Assembly (NCBI GenBank): GCA_030390025.1
Contig: CM059431.1
Location: 125,490,001 to 125,554,000, forward strand
Length of the DNA stretch: 64,000 nucleotides
Source: Squalus acanthias
Taxonomy: Eukaryota
Reading direction: 5' to 3'
Positions 23,066 to 35,773 of the stretch are shown in pieces; positions within the stretch are counted from its first letter, which is position 1, and every line of letters begins with the position of its first letter. The position numbers were made by a program, and so were the translations under genes. The notes beneath the pieces are model-generated. The model saw nothing but the letters and a program-made list of their open reading frames with translations, searched no databases and had not been told where the DNA came from.

Positions 23066-25796
23066 ATTCATGGGATGTGGGCGTCGCTGGCAAGGCCAGC
23101 ATTTATTGCCCATCCCTAATTGCCCTTGAGAAGGTGGTGGTGAGTCGCTTTCTTGAACCACTGTAGTCCGTGTGGTGAAGGTACATCCTTAGTGCTGTTA
23201 GAGATAGAGGGGGAAAAATTCAGTATCGCCCCATTTGGGGCGCAATTATCGGCCGGGCGCAAATATTAGCGCCTGGCACTAATTATCGCCTCCGACTGCA
23301 AACTTAGCTTTTATCGCCCCTGGAGGTGATTGGAGCACTAAATCAGGCGCTTCACACCTGTCTTAAGGTGCAAAGGCCGAGGAGCGAGGCGCTACCTCAG
23401 AGCGCTGGCGAAGCTCATGTGATGTCAGTCAGCAATGGAACAGAGACACAATGGCGCCACCAGTTCTTAAAGGGGAGGGTTGATCTTGCTCTCCATCCAC
23501 ATCCTGCTCATTGCAGCCTTGAATCTCGGCCTGGAGAGACCTGTACATCAAATCTGCTGGAAAGAACAATGGAGAGAAACAGGGAAAGAGCTCAGAGTGC
23601 AGCCCCCACAGTCTCTTCTTAATAGATGCAAGGAAGGGCAAATCAAAATGAACCTGCAAAGTGCTGCTCAGTACCCAAAACTCCTTCACACAGCGTTGAA
23701 TCTCTCCAGAAGTCTCTCTCTTTCTCTCAGAATACGTGGTGCAAAAATGTCACCAACAAAAAAAGGCAGGAAGCGTTCGCCTTTAAATAGCGCTCCCCCA
23801 GTCCCTTCCTGACTGCAAAACGCTCCCCTCAAACTGTCGTTGCTAGCGGCAGGCGGTAAGGCAGGGGGCGCCACTCAATATCCACTCCGGGGCGCTACCG
23901 GGGCGTTGCGCACTTGACTGACGTCACAATCTGCCGGCGCAGGAGATCGTGGCGGTCGTGTTTCGCACCACCGTAAAATGTCTAGTTAATTTCGCGAGCG
24001 GCACAAACATCGCCGCGCCCGGGCGCTAGTTGCTTTGCGCCCCATTAGCGCCCTCTTAAGGCGCTAACGGGAGGCGCAACCAACTGAATTTTTCCCCCAG
24101 AGATCCTTGGTGACTTGGAGGGGAACTTGCAGGTGGTGGTGCTCCCATGCGCCTAATGTCCTTGTCCTTCTAGTTGGTAGAGGTCGTGGGTTTGGGAGGT
24201 GTTGTTGAAGAAGCCTTGGGGAGTTGCTGCAGTGCATCTTGTAGATGGTACACACTGCAGCCACGGTATGCCGGTGGTGGAGGAAGGGAATTTTTAAGGT
24301 GGTGGATGGGGTGATAATCAAGTGGGCTGCTTTGTCCTGGATGGTGTCAAGCTTCTTGAGTGTTATTCGAGCTGCACTCATCAAGGCAAGTGGAGAGTAT
24401 TCCATCACACTCCTGACTTGTGTCTTGTAGTCAGTGGAAAGGCTTTGGGGAGTCAGTCACTGCAGAATACCCAGCTTCTGACCTGTTCTTGTAGCCACAG
24501 TGTTTATGTGGCTGGTCCATTTAAATTTCTGGTGAATGGTGATCCCCTCACGATGTTGATGGTGGGGGATTAGACTCTCTCTTGTTGGAGATAGTCACTG
24601 CCTGGCAGTGTGTGGTGTGAAAGTTACTTGCTACTTATCATCCCAAGCCTGAATGTTGTCCAGGTCTTTCTGTGTGTGGGCATGGACTGCTTCATTATCT
24701 GAGAAATTGAGAATGGAACTGAACACTGTGAAATCATCAGCGAACATCCTCACTTCTGACCTTATGATGGAGGGAAGGTCATTGATGAAGCAGCTGAAGA
24801 TGATTGGGCCTGCAGCGATGTCCTGGGGCTGAGATGATTGACCTCCAACCATCTTCCTTTGTGCTAGGTATGACTCCAGCCAGTGGAGATTTTCCCCCTG
24901 ATTCCTGTTGACTTCAATTTTACTAGGGCTCCTTGATGCCACACTCAGTCAAATGCTGCCTTGCTGTCAAGGGCAGTTACTCTCAGCTCACCTCTGGAAT
25001 TCAGTTCTTTTGTCCCTGTTTGGACCAAGGCTATATTGAGGCCTAGAGCCGAATGGTGCTGGCGGAACCCAAACTGAGCATTGGTGAGCAGGTTATTGAT
25101 AAGTAAGTGCACCTTGATAGCACTGGCAATGCATGCTGCTTCTGCTGTTTAGTATGCATGCAGGCCTGTGTTGTAGCTTCACCAGGTTGGTACCTCATTT
25201 TATGTATGTCTGGTGCTGCTCCTAGCATGCTTTCCACACTCCTCATTGAACTGGGGTTGGTCCCCTGGCTTGATGGTAATGCTGGACCATAAGCTTACAG
25301 ATTGTGGTGCATTACAATGCTGCTGCTGCTGATGGCCCACAGCGCCTCATGGATGCCCAATTTTGAGCTGCTAGATCTGTTCTAAATCTATCCCATTTTG
25401 CACAGTGGTCGTGGCACACAACACGATGGAGGGTGTCCTCAGTGTGAAGATGGGACTTTGTCTCTACAAAGACTGTGCGGTGGTCACTCCTACCAATACT
25501 GTCATGGACAGATGCATCTGCGACAGGTAGATTGGTGAGGACGAGGTCAAGTAGGTTTTTCCCCGTGTTGGTTCTCTCATCACCTGCCACAAGCCCAGAC
25601 TGGCAGCTGTGTCCTTCAGGACTCGGCCAGATCGGTCAGTAGTGGTGCTACCGAGCCACTCTTGGTGATGGACATTGAAGTACCCCACCCAGAGTACATT
25701 CTGTGCCCTTTCTACCCTCAGTGCTTCTGCCAAGTGGTGTTCAACATTGAGGAGTACTGATTCATCAGCTGAGGGAGGGCGGTTGGTGGTAATCAT
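23066..25796 (-). mobile_element. Decayed non-LTR retrotransposon (APE endonuclease plus RT), a family distinct from the CR1 copies; clade uncertain
   Basis: LWVGYFNVHH, NLLDLVLTN...SDH, GPIIFSCFINDLP...MFADD and MEYSPLA...LDTIQDKAAHLI. T-rich reverse tail at ~23035-23066. Confidence 0.85.
23209..24098 (-). mobile_element. 890-bp Harbinger MITE, internal-deletion derivative of the 634-4544 family
   Basis: Perfect 16-bp TIR GGGGGAAAAATTCAGT and TSD AGA. Its two halves match the reverse complements of ~4420-4520 and 634-1135. Confidence 0.92.
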
Positions 25797-25990
25797 TTAA
25801 GTGATTTTAGTTTTATTGAAAAAAGTTCTTCAGAATTTGAGTTGCTTCTCCCTTGAGTTTCCTTTTAAGGCAACGCACAATGCCAAAATTAATCATACCC
25901 TATCATGACTGCGCACATACTGCTGGTATGGTGTGACAAGCAGCTGCAGTCTGTGCATACTTTTAATGATCTTGGGAGTCTACTGCCATC

Positions 25991-26107
25991 CAATGTTCCC
26001 TTTAATTTTTTTTGGGTGCGCGTCCCCTTTAAGGCATGCGCGATTTTTCTTATTTAAAATCCGGTGAGCCGGCTGCGCAGGAGCTGCAGAGCGCTGCGGC
26101 AATATTG
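25991..26107. mobile_element. 117-bp hAT-type MITE
   Basis: 8-bp TSD CTGCCATC. Imperfect TIR CAATGTTCCC / CAATATTGCC. Confidence 0.7.
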
Positions 26108-27538
26108 CTGCCATCCAATTTTTTTTAGTTTAGTTTAAGAGTTAGGTGAAAAATTCCAACTGGGATATTATCATAGAAATATATAACACGCTTACATCAA
26201 ATTTCTCTATCGACTGTTTCAACAGAAGGTGCTAACCTGTTCCATTAAAATGGCACAGAACATTCATATGATGGTATCACTCAGTAATTTGCAGGCTAAC
26301 ATCAATTTCCTTTAGGAAGGAGAGGTGTATGATTTGCTCCTAAGGTGTTGGCAGGCCTTAAGAGTATATTTCTTTAAATATACAGGTCCCTGACTGCAAT
26401 TTTAAATGGTAGCCTGAGCAGGGAAGCTGTTGTGACATTCTCACCAGGTGAATACAGCAGGAAGAGGATCTGGGTCCAGTAAAGTCCGAAAATAGGTTTA
26501 TTCTTTAAGTTTATTTCTTTCCTCGTTGAGCCAGAAGGAGCAGGAATGCTCCTCCGGGGCCCAGAAGGAAGAGTTAGGCCTCCACTGCCCAGGGCTCTCC
26601 ACTCCCGCAATCTCATCCGGGTGACTTACCTTGTTGGCGGTGAGCATTTGTCGTGTGTCGGCCGGCTGGTGGCCTCCAGCCACCTGAAACTCTGCTCCTG
26701 CCCACTGACCAGTTACCATTCCCCGCCTATTTCAGGAAGGTGGCTGACCAGAGACATGCAGATAAAGAGTTAAAACCAGGCGTTCTGAGCTTACTTCGCT
26801 TATAATCAGGGCTTGTGTGTGTGTGAGTATAAAAATAGCTGATTATAGTTACGATATAACCACCACCACCCACCTATGACAGGCAGGAGAGGGTCGGGGG
26901 TCGGGTGATTAAATATTTTAAAAGGGGGAACGCGCCTGCCACCATTTTTACATGGGGGGTTGCGTGTCGTGTAAGACGGGACACTTCATTAACGTATTTA
27001 CATCAGGCTCCCACAGTGCAATTAGAAGGCAGATTTAAATTTAACAGTTGCCGCGCGGGTTTGGGAAACATAACAGTAAAAGGAAAGTGGGAGCTGTCAA
27101 TTTGGCCAGCTGCTGGGCAGGAAATGGAAGAAAAAAATTGTAATGCGGTCCTGCTGTTACATTTGACAGCACCTCCGCGCCCCGGACTTTCCCAGTTTTC
27201 CCCGCATTACCGCGCTCCCCCACACCCTCCCCACCTCCTTGTCAATTTCGGGGCTTATACGTATGAATTATAGTAACACAAATGCATTTACAAGGAACAT
27301 TACATAAATCGTTCAACCACTCACTATCAACTTCAGGTTGCTGCAACTCAAAATTTGATGCAGATGCTTAGAGCTTTACTGCAAAGTGGCAATTCAGCCC
27401 ATCATGACTCTGCTAGCTCTTTACTAGAGGATTCAAAACTTATCTCACTGCTCTGCTCTTTCCATATAACCCTGTATCTTCCTCTGTTTCAAATTTAATC
27501 TTCCCTTAAAATATGCAATGGTCTATGCCTCAGTTATT

Positions 27539-28302
27539 GGCCCAGAAATTTGATCGGAGGCTTGCCGCGGGGGTAAGGATCGCGCGCGATATCACCTACC
27601 GCGTCTGCCGTCCTTGTTTGCCCCCGCAGGAACTTCGGGTCCTGGGCTTCTCCCTAGTGCCGGCGCGCAGTGTGTGCGTGTCCCAGGGGCGCAGTTAGTG
27701 CGATGCGACTCCTGGGATCATGTGGGCCATGGAGAGCCAATGGCAGCACACCATCTTTCATTCATAGATTTGACAGGAGACCTGTCAAATCTGTGAATTG
27801 AAAGAGGCCCCAAAAGAACAGCTAAACCTCAAATAAATTTTAAAAGACCCCCATCACATTAATAAAATAACTATAGTTAAATAAATTAACCACTTTAAAC
27901 AAAAATTTAAATTTTTGAAAAAATTAAAACATTTTTTAAAAGTTATAAAAATAAACTTACCTTTCTTTAAAGTCTCTAAAAAAGATAAACCTGTTGAAAA
28001 AAATTTAAAATTATACTTAATTAACTACTTACCTTGTTCAAAAGGGGTCTTACGCCTCCTTTTTACTTGTGTAGAATCTTCCATACTTACCCTCGCGTTG
28101 AAACCTGAAAAAAAACCTAAGTGTGCTGCGTGCGAGCAGCCTTTAGTGCGCATGCGGTTCACCTAGGAACCGCCCCCTTCGCCATACCGGAAGTGCCGGT
28201 TTCCCGCGCATGCGCAGTGCAGGGAGGAAACCGGCACTTCGGGAACGAATACGGGTGAGTACGCACTGAGTACTCACCCGTTCTCGGCCGAATTTTTGGG
28301 CC
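27539..28302. mobile_element. 764-bp hairpin-rich Harbinger-type MITE inserted in a minus-strand CR1 3' end (~27390-28700)
   Basis: TIR GGCCCAGAAATT / AATTTTTGGGCC and TSD ATT. Inverted copy at 42856-43618. Confidence 0.9.
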
Positions 28303-29651
28303 ATTATTAACTTTTGCGAAGCACTTCATGCTCTAACAAATCTATGGGGAGAATAAAATTCTGCTAACCTCTCCTCACTCAGTGACAATTTTAAATGACG
28401 ACCTCCTCATCACTAATGTCTTAACCAGAGGAAATAGTCTTTTTCTAATCATTGCAACAAAACTATTTATAATTTAAAAAAACACTTATTGAATCTTCTC
28501 ACTGGTCCAGTGGAAACAGTCCTAGTTCCTTAAGGCTCTCCTCTTAACTATAGTTTCTCATCCCTGGCACCATCCTGATGAATCTATGCTGTACGCTCTC
28601 TAAGGCTTTAATGACCTTACTATAATGGGGCACTCAAAACTACACAGAGCACTCTAACTGTGGCCAAATCAATATTTTGTGTAAATTCATCATTACGCTC
28701 GAGCTCTGTTTCTGGTGGGAGTTCTGATCGCCTAAATTAAGCTACACACAAAAATTGAGAGGACGGGCCTCCAGCAGTTAGTCAGTATGTCAATCCTCCA
28801 TGGGAGTTTGGTTCCACAGCCACCCCATTTTCAGGCGTAACGAGGGCAACAGTGAGACAAAAATTGTCCCTGGGATGTCCTGCACTTTGTTCCTGAAATT
28901 TGACCGTCGTCATCGTAAAACCTAGAAATTACTGTTGGTAATGTTAATGGATGAATGTTTAACTCATTTACATGAAGTTACTTTGCCTGCTATTTTCACA
29001 TAGGCATCGACCCTTTTATTTTAAATGGGTTAATACCACCACTAAAATAACAGACAAATGAGTATCATAAAAATATCTTGGTCATTTAGCCTCTTCATTA
29101 AATAGTAAATTCTGATTTTTTTCCCTTAAATAGCATTTTCAGTGGTATTTGGAATGGAATGGGAATTAAATGAATATGAGGCAAAATGTAATTTTTTAGA
29201 AAACCTTTGCTACACAAGGATAATTGGAAACTTTGTCACCCGTCCCATTCCATTTTAGTTTTTGAGGAGAGGCCCAGAATTAAGCACTACAACAGGCTGG
29301 ATTAATACATTGCTTTTAAGCCCTGGAGGGTAAGATCTTTCAATTAAGTGAGAACTTTTTAATTTTCTTTAACTCCAGTCATTTAGCAGCAGTACTTCTG
29401 TGACTTCAATATGTTCTATATAGTGCTCTATTAGTGTACCAATGTCACCTTTAAAAAAGGGAGAATCCAGGATATTAAATTTTAAAAGGTTAGCAAAATG
29501 ACATCAGTGGTGTACAGAGGAGGATACTTTGGGACAGTCTTGTATGCTGAGGTTACAGGAAATCTGAAGCATTGGAAGTAGTCACCCAAAAATGTATGCT
29601 TTTGAATCTTTATTAAATATAAATCTTTATTACAATCGCAGCTGAAGTATT

Positions 29652-30690
29652 GGCCTGGATTTTAGCCTGGAGGTGAGTTCTGTGCGGAGGGTGGGGGGGA
29701 GGCTGTTGTGAGGTCGGGAAACCCGGAAGAATGGGTTTCCTGAATGTCCTGTAGAATTTAACTGCATGGCGGCTTCAAGTGGAGTTCCCACCCACAGGCA
29801 TCCTGATTGACAGGCTGGAGGCCTTTCGGACGGGAAGCCTGCATCACAAGACTGAAGACTAGGAGAGCAGGTAGGTGTATTGGAGGAGGGAGGGAGAGAG
29901 AGCGTGGGGTGGGGGCGGGGGTCCGGATTGCAGCGGGGGAGGGGGGGTCTGGATCATGTGGTAAGGTGAATCTGGATCGCGGGGGGTCTGATGGTGGTCT
30001 GGGAATTACCGATTGCCGGGGGGTTCGATGGTGGCTTGGAATCCCGATTGCGGGGAGCGGTGTCCGCTGGTGGTCGGGGGAGCAGATGGTGGTCGGGGGG
30101 GCGGGTGTTGAATGGTGGTCGGGATGGGGGGGTGTCCGATGGTGGTTGGGGGGGGCAGATGGTGGTCAGGGGGGCAGATGGTGGTCGGGGGGGCAGATGG
30201 TGGTCGGGAGGGGGGTGTCGAATGGTGGTCGGGGTGGGGGGGGGTGTCCGATGGTGGTTGGGGGGTCCGATGGTGGTTGGGGGGGCAGAAGGCAGTCGGG
30301 GGGAACAGACAGATCACGGGGGTGGGAGGGGTGGGTGCTTTACTGAGGAGCTTTTTGGGCTGGTGGGAAGCACTCCTGCTCCTCCAGGGCCACAAGCAGT
30401 GCTGTGAAGGCACTTACCTCATGGATTCAGCGCTTCTCACCTCCTTTCAGCTGCCGACTTTCCCGAGGCCTCCTGTTGTTAAAAATAAGGCTGTTAAAAT
30501 GAAGGCAGGCAGCCTCATTATAATATTTAAATGACCAACCTGCTTCTCACGAGCGGATTGGTCGTCCACCCCTCAGCCCGCCTCCGTTAAAACTGCACGT
30601 GGGCGGGTTCAGTTCCTGTTCCAGATATTTTCCTTTTGAACCTCTGATACGACTCCAACCCGCCTGTTTTTGGGAGTAAAGTCTCAGCTT
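29652..30690. mobile_element. Harbinger-type MITE containing a G-rich minisatellite
   Basis: Starts GGCCTGGATTTT after ATT, and resembles the terminus of the 6946 element. Confidence 0.65.
29985..30330. repeat. G-rich imperfect tandem repeat (~18-22 bp unit GATGGTGGTCGGGGGGCA)
   Basis: More than ten visible ATGGTGGT-Gn units. Confidence 0.9.
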
Positions 30691-30693
30691 GTT

Positions 30694-32474
30694 GGGCGAG
30701 AAATTGATGTCCTTACCGCCACCTGGTACCGCCAGCAATGCATGGACAAAATGGTGGCCGCTGCTCTTACGCCAGCAGGGAGCGGTCCAGGCAGAGGACG
30801 CCATATTGGTCGCCCCCTTTGCGCCCTGAAAAAAAATGGCGTCGTTGTGATGTCAGTCAGCGTACAACGCTGACTTAACATCACCTACACGAACTTCGAC
30901 CCAAGCGCTCAAGTCAGCACTGTGTCCTAATCACCTGGCGTGCAAGCAGGCTGACAGATGCTGACAGGCGATATCTGTAGCTGTTAAAGGGACACACACA
31001 TCAATCAGGTAAGTTTGAATGGAAGGGTTTGGACTTGTTTTTTTAAAAATGTTATTGAAGTGGTGGCTTGCTGCAATAGATGTGAAAAGTATTTTAAGTG
31101 TTTTGGGAGAGCTGCTGGACGGTTGCAAGGGCTTGGATGGTAAGTGAACGCCTTTGAGAAGACAGAACATGCTGCGAATGCTCAGCAGGTTACACCACAT
31201 CCGTGGAGGTCACGTCTCAGGTTGATATACTGCCTGACCAGCTGAGTATTTGCAGCATTTTATGCTGTTATTTCACATTTACAGCATCTGCTTGCAGAGG
31301 GAAGAGGAAGACGCAGAAGAGGAGGAACCGAAGAGGAGCAATCAGCCGGAAGGATGCATCCCAGACAGCCCCTTTGTGGCCGGGATATCCTGGATGGAAT
31401 CATCCGCCTGTGGTCCCACTGGCTGAGCAGGATGCATTTCTTGGGTGTGTGAAATGAAAAAGGCACAAGGGTGGAGTTGTGCTGATGGGAGGCCGGGAAG
31501 CCGAGAGGTGCATGTCAGAAAGAGGATAACATATATTAGGATACCAGCATCTTGTATCCTTTCAGCCCCACCGCTGGCCAAGGGCTCAACCAGGCCCCTG
31601 CCAAGAAGGCCTGCACCGTCTCCTCCAAGGGGGTGAGGTGAGGCTAGGAATGGGAGATGTGCCTCATCACTGGTGCAGATTGTTGGTAGGTAAGTGATTG
31701 GGGGTCCTGCATTGAGCAGTGTGTAAGGCTAGTGGTTCAGTTGGTAGGTGACTTTTGAAGATGCATTCACTAACTTTGACCAGTGGTCTTAGGTCATGAA
31801 GCTTCTTTGGGCACTGGAGCCAGGTGGTGGGGGCGACACTGCTGACAGTGATGGTTTTAGTGATGTACTCCCACATTGTTTTTTCTGGAGAGCCTCCCGG
31901 CCCCTGTGGGTAGAGGGCCGCTCTTGAGGTGTTGACCTCCCTGCACAAAGCTGGAGTGCTGCGTGCAAGACCCTTAGTGCCCCTTCCCTGGCTTGCTGAG
32001 CCATTTGTGGTAGTGCTGAGGCAGTTTTCCCACCTGTTGAGTTTAGGAAGGTAATTCAGCTTTAAGTGCTGATTATTGACATGTGGAACTTCTTTTAAAT
32101 ATTGATTATTTGTTAAAAGACAGAAAGAGCTGAAAAATGTATTGAATCAGTGCATTTTATTTTGTCTTGCTTCAATGTGCATGGCCCCTTTAAATTTCAG
32201 AGCTCCTCACTGCCCACAATGCATTGTGAGCTTCACAGCCTCACACTCAGACGCTCGGGGAAGCAGCACCGCCGCACCAGCACAACAAATTGGGTCCGGA
32301 TCCCTCGTGCAACACCACTAGTACGGTGTTGCAACTAAAGTTAGCGCTGCGCCACCTACCACCTTGCCCCCCACACCAATCTACCTCGTTTGGCGTGGCG
32401 GCCATTTCGGGTGGCCGTTAACGGCAGTTGGCGAGGAAACCGACTGCTTTCCGGTTGAGAACAAATTTTTCCCC
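30694..32474 (-). mobile_element. Non-autonomous Harbinger derivative with Myb-like remnant
   Basis: Termini GGGCGAGAAATTG / CAAATTTTTCCCC. Reads MAQQAREGALR...TWLQCPKKLHDL. Embedded Penelope-tail fragment at ~31170-31270. Confidence 0.85.
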
Positions 32475-33018
32475 ATTGTGTCCAATTCTGGGCACCATAC
32501 TTTAGGAAGGATGTCAAGGAGATTTACCAGAATGGTACAAGGGATGAGGGGCTTGAGTTACGTGTAGAGATGAGAGAAGCTGGGATTGTTCTCCTTAGAG
32601 CAAAATAGGTTAACAGGAGATTTAATACAGATATTTAAAATTATGAAGGATTTTGATAGAGTACGTAGGGAGAAACTGTTTCTACTGGCAGGAGGGTCGA
32701 TAACCAGGGGACACCGATTTAATATAATTGGCAGAGGAACGAGGAAGGTTCTATGTAATTCTAAGAGGGAGATGAGGAGAATTATTTTTTTATGCAGCAA
32801 ATTGTTATGATCTAGAATGGACTACCTGAAAGGGCAGTGGAAGCAGATTCAATAGTAAACTTCAAAAGGGAATTGGATAAATACTTGAAAAGGAAAACTT
32901 TGCAGGGCTATGGGGAAAGAGCAGGGGAGTGGGACTGATTGGATAGCTGTTTCAAAGAGCCGGCTCAGGCACGATGGGCCTAATGGCCTCTTTCTGATCT
33001 ATGAATCTATGATTCTAT
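32475..33018 (+). mobile_element. CR1 3' fragment
   Basis: FSLEQNRLTGDLIQIFKIMKDFD, and a TCTATGA tail. Confidence 0.85.
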
Positions 33019-33149
33019 AAATAAAATATATTTGAAAAATAATTGTAGAATAATGGTCACAGAGAAAAATCTTGTTTCATTAGTTACCATGGTAGACAAG
33101 ACTGCTTGGCTCCAAATTAACTTGGGGCCTGCAGTGCACTGCTATCATA

Positions 33150-34104
33150 AATAATGAATATAGGGGGTATGATTAAGAAGTTTGCAGATGATACTAAAAT
33201 CGGCTGTGTGGTTAATACTGAAGAAGGAAGCTGTAGACTGCAGGAAGATATCAATAAATTGGTCAGGTGGGCAGAACAGTGGCAAATGGAATTCAATCCG
33301 GAAAAGTGTGAGGTAATGCATTTGGGGAGGGCTAACAAGGAAAGGGAATACACATTAAATGGTAGGACATTGAGTAGTGCAGTGGAACAAAGGGACCTTG
33401 GAGTGCATGTCCACAGATCCCTGAAGGTAGCAGGCCAGGTAGATAAGGTGGCTAAGAAGGCATACGGAATGATTGCCTTTATTAGCCGTGGCATAGAATA
33501 CAAGAGCAGGGGGGTTATGCTTCAACTGTATAAAACACTAGTTAGGCCTCAGCTAGAGTACTGCGTGCAGTTCTGGTCACCACATTACAGGAAAGATGTG
33601 ATTGCACTAGAGAGGGTACAGAGGAGATTTACAAGGATGTTGCCGGGAGTAGAGAATCTTAGCTATGAGGAAAGACTGGATAGGCTGGGTCTGTTTTCCT
33701 TGGAACAGAGGAGGCTCAGGGGAGACCTTATTGAGGTGTATACAATTATGAGGGGCATAGATAAAGTGGATAGAAAGGGCCTATTTCCCTTAGCAGAGGG
33801 GTCAAAAACCAGGGGGCATAGATTTAAAGTAATTGGTGGAAGGTTTAGAGGGGATTTGAGGGGAAATTTCTTCACCCAGAGGGTTGTGGGGGTCTGGAAC
33901 TCACTGCCTGAAAGGGTGGTAGAGGCAGGAACCCTAAACACATTTAAAAAGTACTTGGATGTGCACTTGGGATGCTCTAACCTGCAGGGCTACGGACCAA
34001 GAGCTGGGAAGTGGGATTAGGCTGGAGAGCTCTTTGTTGGCCTGCGCGGACACGATGGGTTGAAATGGTCTCCTTCCGTGCTGTAACTTTCTATGATTCT
34101 ATGA
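33150..34104 (+). mobile_element. Young 5'-truncated CR1 (uninterrupted 288-aa ORF2 C-terminus)
   Basis: KFADDTKIG...LEYCVQFWSP...RRLRGDLIEV, and tail TTCTATGATTCTATGA. Confidence 0.95.
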
Positions 34105-34449
34105 AATCAGCTGAGATTACATTTCAGCCACAGGGAAATTAGCTGGAACCTGGACATGCCGGGGTTTCTATCAGGGCCTGTTAGGGACAGAATCTCCTTT
34201 CGCCCCTAGCATGGGCCAATACATTGGAGGAGGCAGAGTCAGGGAGAGGAAATTAACATGGCCAAGCTACCTGAATGCCAGGATGATACTGACATATATG
34301 CCTGCTCAGTTGTGGAAGTGGAGCCTGCATGAGGATCCAGGTCTGGGTCTTGGCATTAATTCCCAATCAATCCTGAAATTAAAAAAAATTCTTCATTTGT
34401 CAGTGCTCAACTCTTCTACCCACCCCGGGCAGCACCCACGATGCACTCA

Positions 34450-34775
34450 TAGTCCCATTCACCCATCACTTATGTACTCGTTGATTTACAGTGTCTCCGC
34501 CTTGATTTAAAAATTCTTATCCTTGTTTTCAAAACCCTCCATGGCCTCGCTCCTCCCTATCTCTGTAATCTCCTCCAGCCCTACAACCCTCTAGATCTCT
34601 GCGATTCTCCAATTCTGGCCCAATGCGCATCCCCGATTTTAATCGCTCCGGCATTGGTGGCTGTGCTTTCAGCCTTATGTGGCTCAGTGCCAAATTTGGT
34701 TAATAACGCTCCTGCGAAGGACCTTGGGACATTTTACTACGTTAAAGATGCTATATAACTGCAAGTTGTTGTTGT
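34450..34775 (+). mobile_element. L2-type LINE 3' end
   Basis: FKILILVFKTLHGLAPPYL remnant and (GTT)n tail. Confidence 0.75.
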
Positions 34776-35773
34776 CATAGTGGCATAAGCGCCCGTCGCT
34801 GCTGTGTAATTTGTGTGACCCTGTCCTGACCCCAGCTATTAGCAGAGTTCATCAGCACCCACTCCACTGCATTTCTTCCAGCAGAGCAAGACTGATCAAT
34901 GCTCGTAGTAGTCAATGTTCCATACACCAGCAGTGCTTTTTAAAAATGTATTCATTCATGGGGCATTTATTGCCTAATTGCCCTCGAGAAGATGGTGGTG
35001 AGCCATATTAAACATATTTAAAATGCCAACCCGCCTCCTGGCAGCGGGTTGGCTGCTGCTCGCCCCCCGTCCCGCCTGAGTAAAAGGTGAAAGTGGGCGG
35101 GTTTGAGGCACGTTGGGGTCGGGTTTTAGATTTTTAAAAATTTCACTTCCCCCCCCCCACCGCCTCCAATCCATCCGTTTTTTCATGTGGAAATTCCCCC
35201 CAAAATATCTGCAGTTATGAATTTGGATTCACTTCTCCTTTAAGAAAATTCTCAAAATTCCATTAATCATTTTATACAAAGAGCATCAAAGAAACCATCA
35301 TTCTGTAATCATAGTTTATAAATGTGCAAATTAGGTCATTTATATGGAGATAAATGACCTCATTTCTAACCTGCTAATATAAAATGTAGATGAAACGGCA
35401 GTCATTCAGTTATTTTGTTTTTAAAAATTTGTAAATACAATAACATTGCCGGAAGTCCTGCCCTTCCATAGAGATTGTACATTATGCATTTAACTAATGA
35501 GCAGGAAGAGAAATAAATTAAATACCGAACAGCAATATAAGTTTATAAATCAGAACATTTGTGCTCAGGTTCTGTATGACTGATAGCTTAATATGTTTAA
35601 TTGCAAAGTAAAGCACAGCTATATAACTAGTGATAATTAGGGAATTAGTTGTAATGAAAAACTCCTACTTTCATTATCATCCTGTTTAAAAAAAGTGATT
35701 GAAATGGAATTTGGAGCAGGTTTTTTGTAAGTTGATTTAAAGTAGAACGCATAACAGTTTATGAAAAAAGTTT

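Noticed and set aside
29807..30534. Gly/Trp-rich and Pro-rich ORFs
   Set aside because: Translations of a G-rich tandem repeat that lacks stops.
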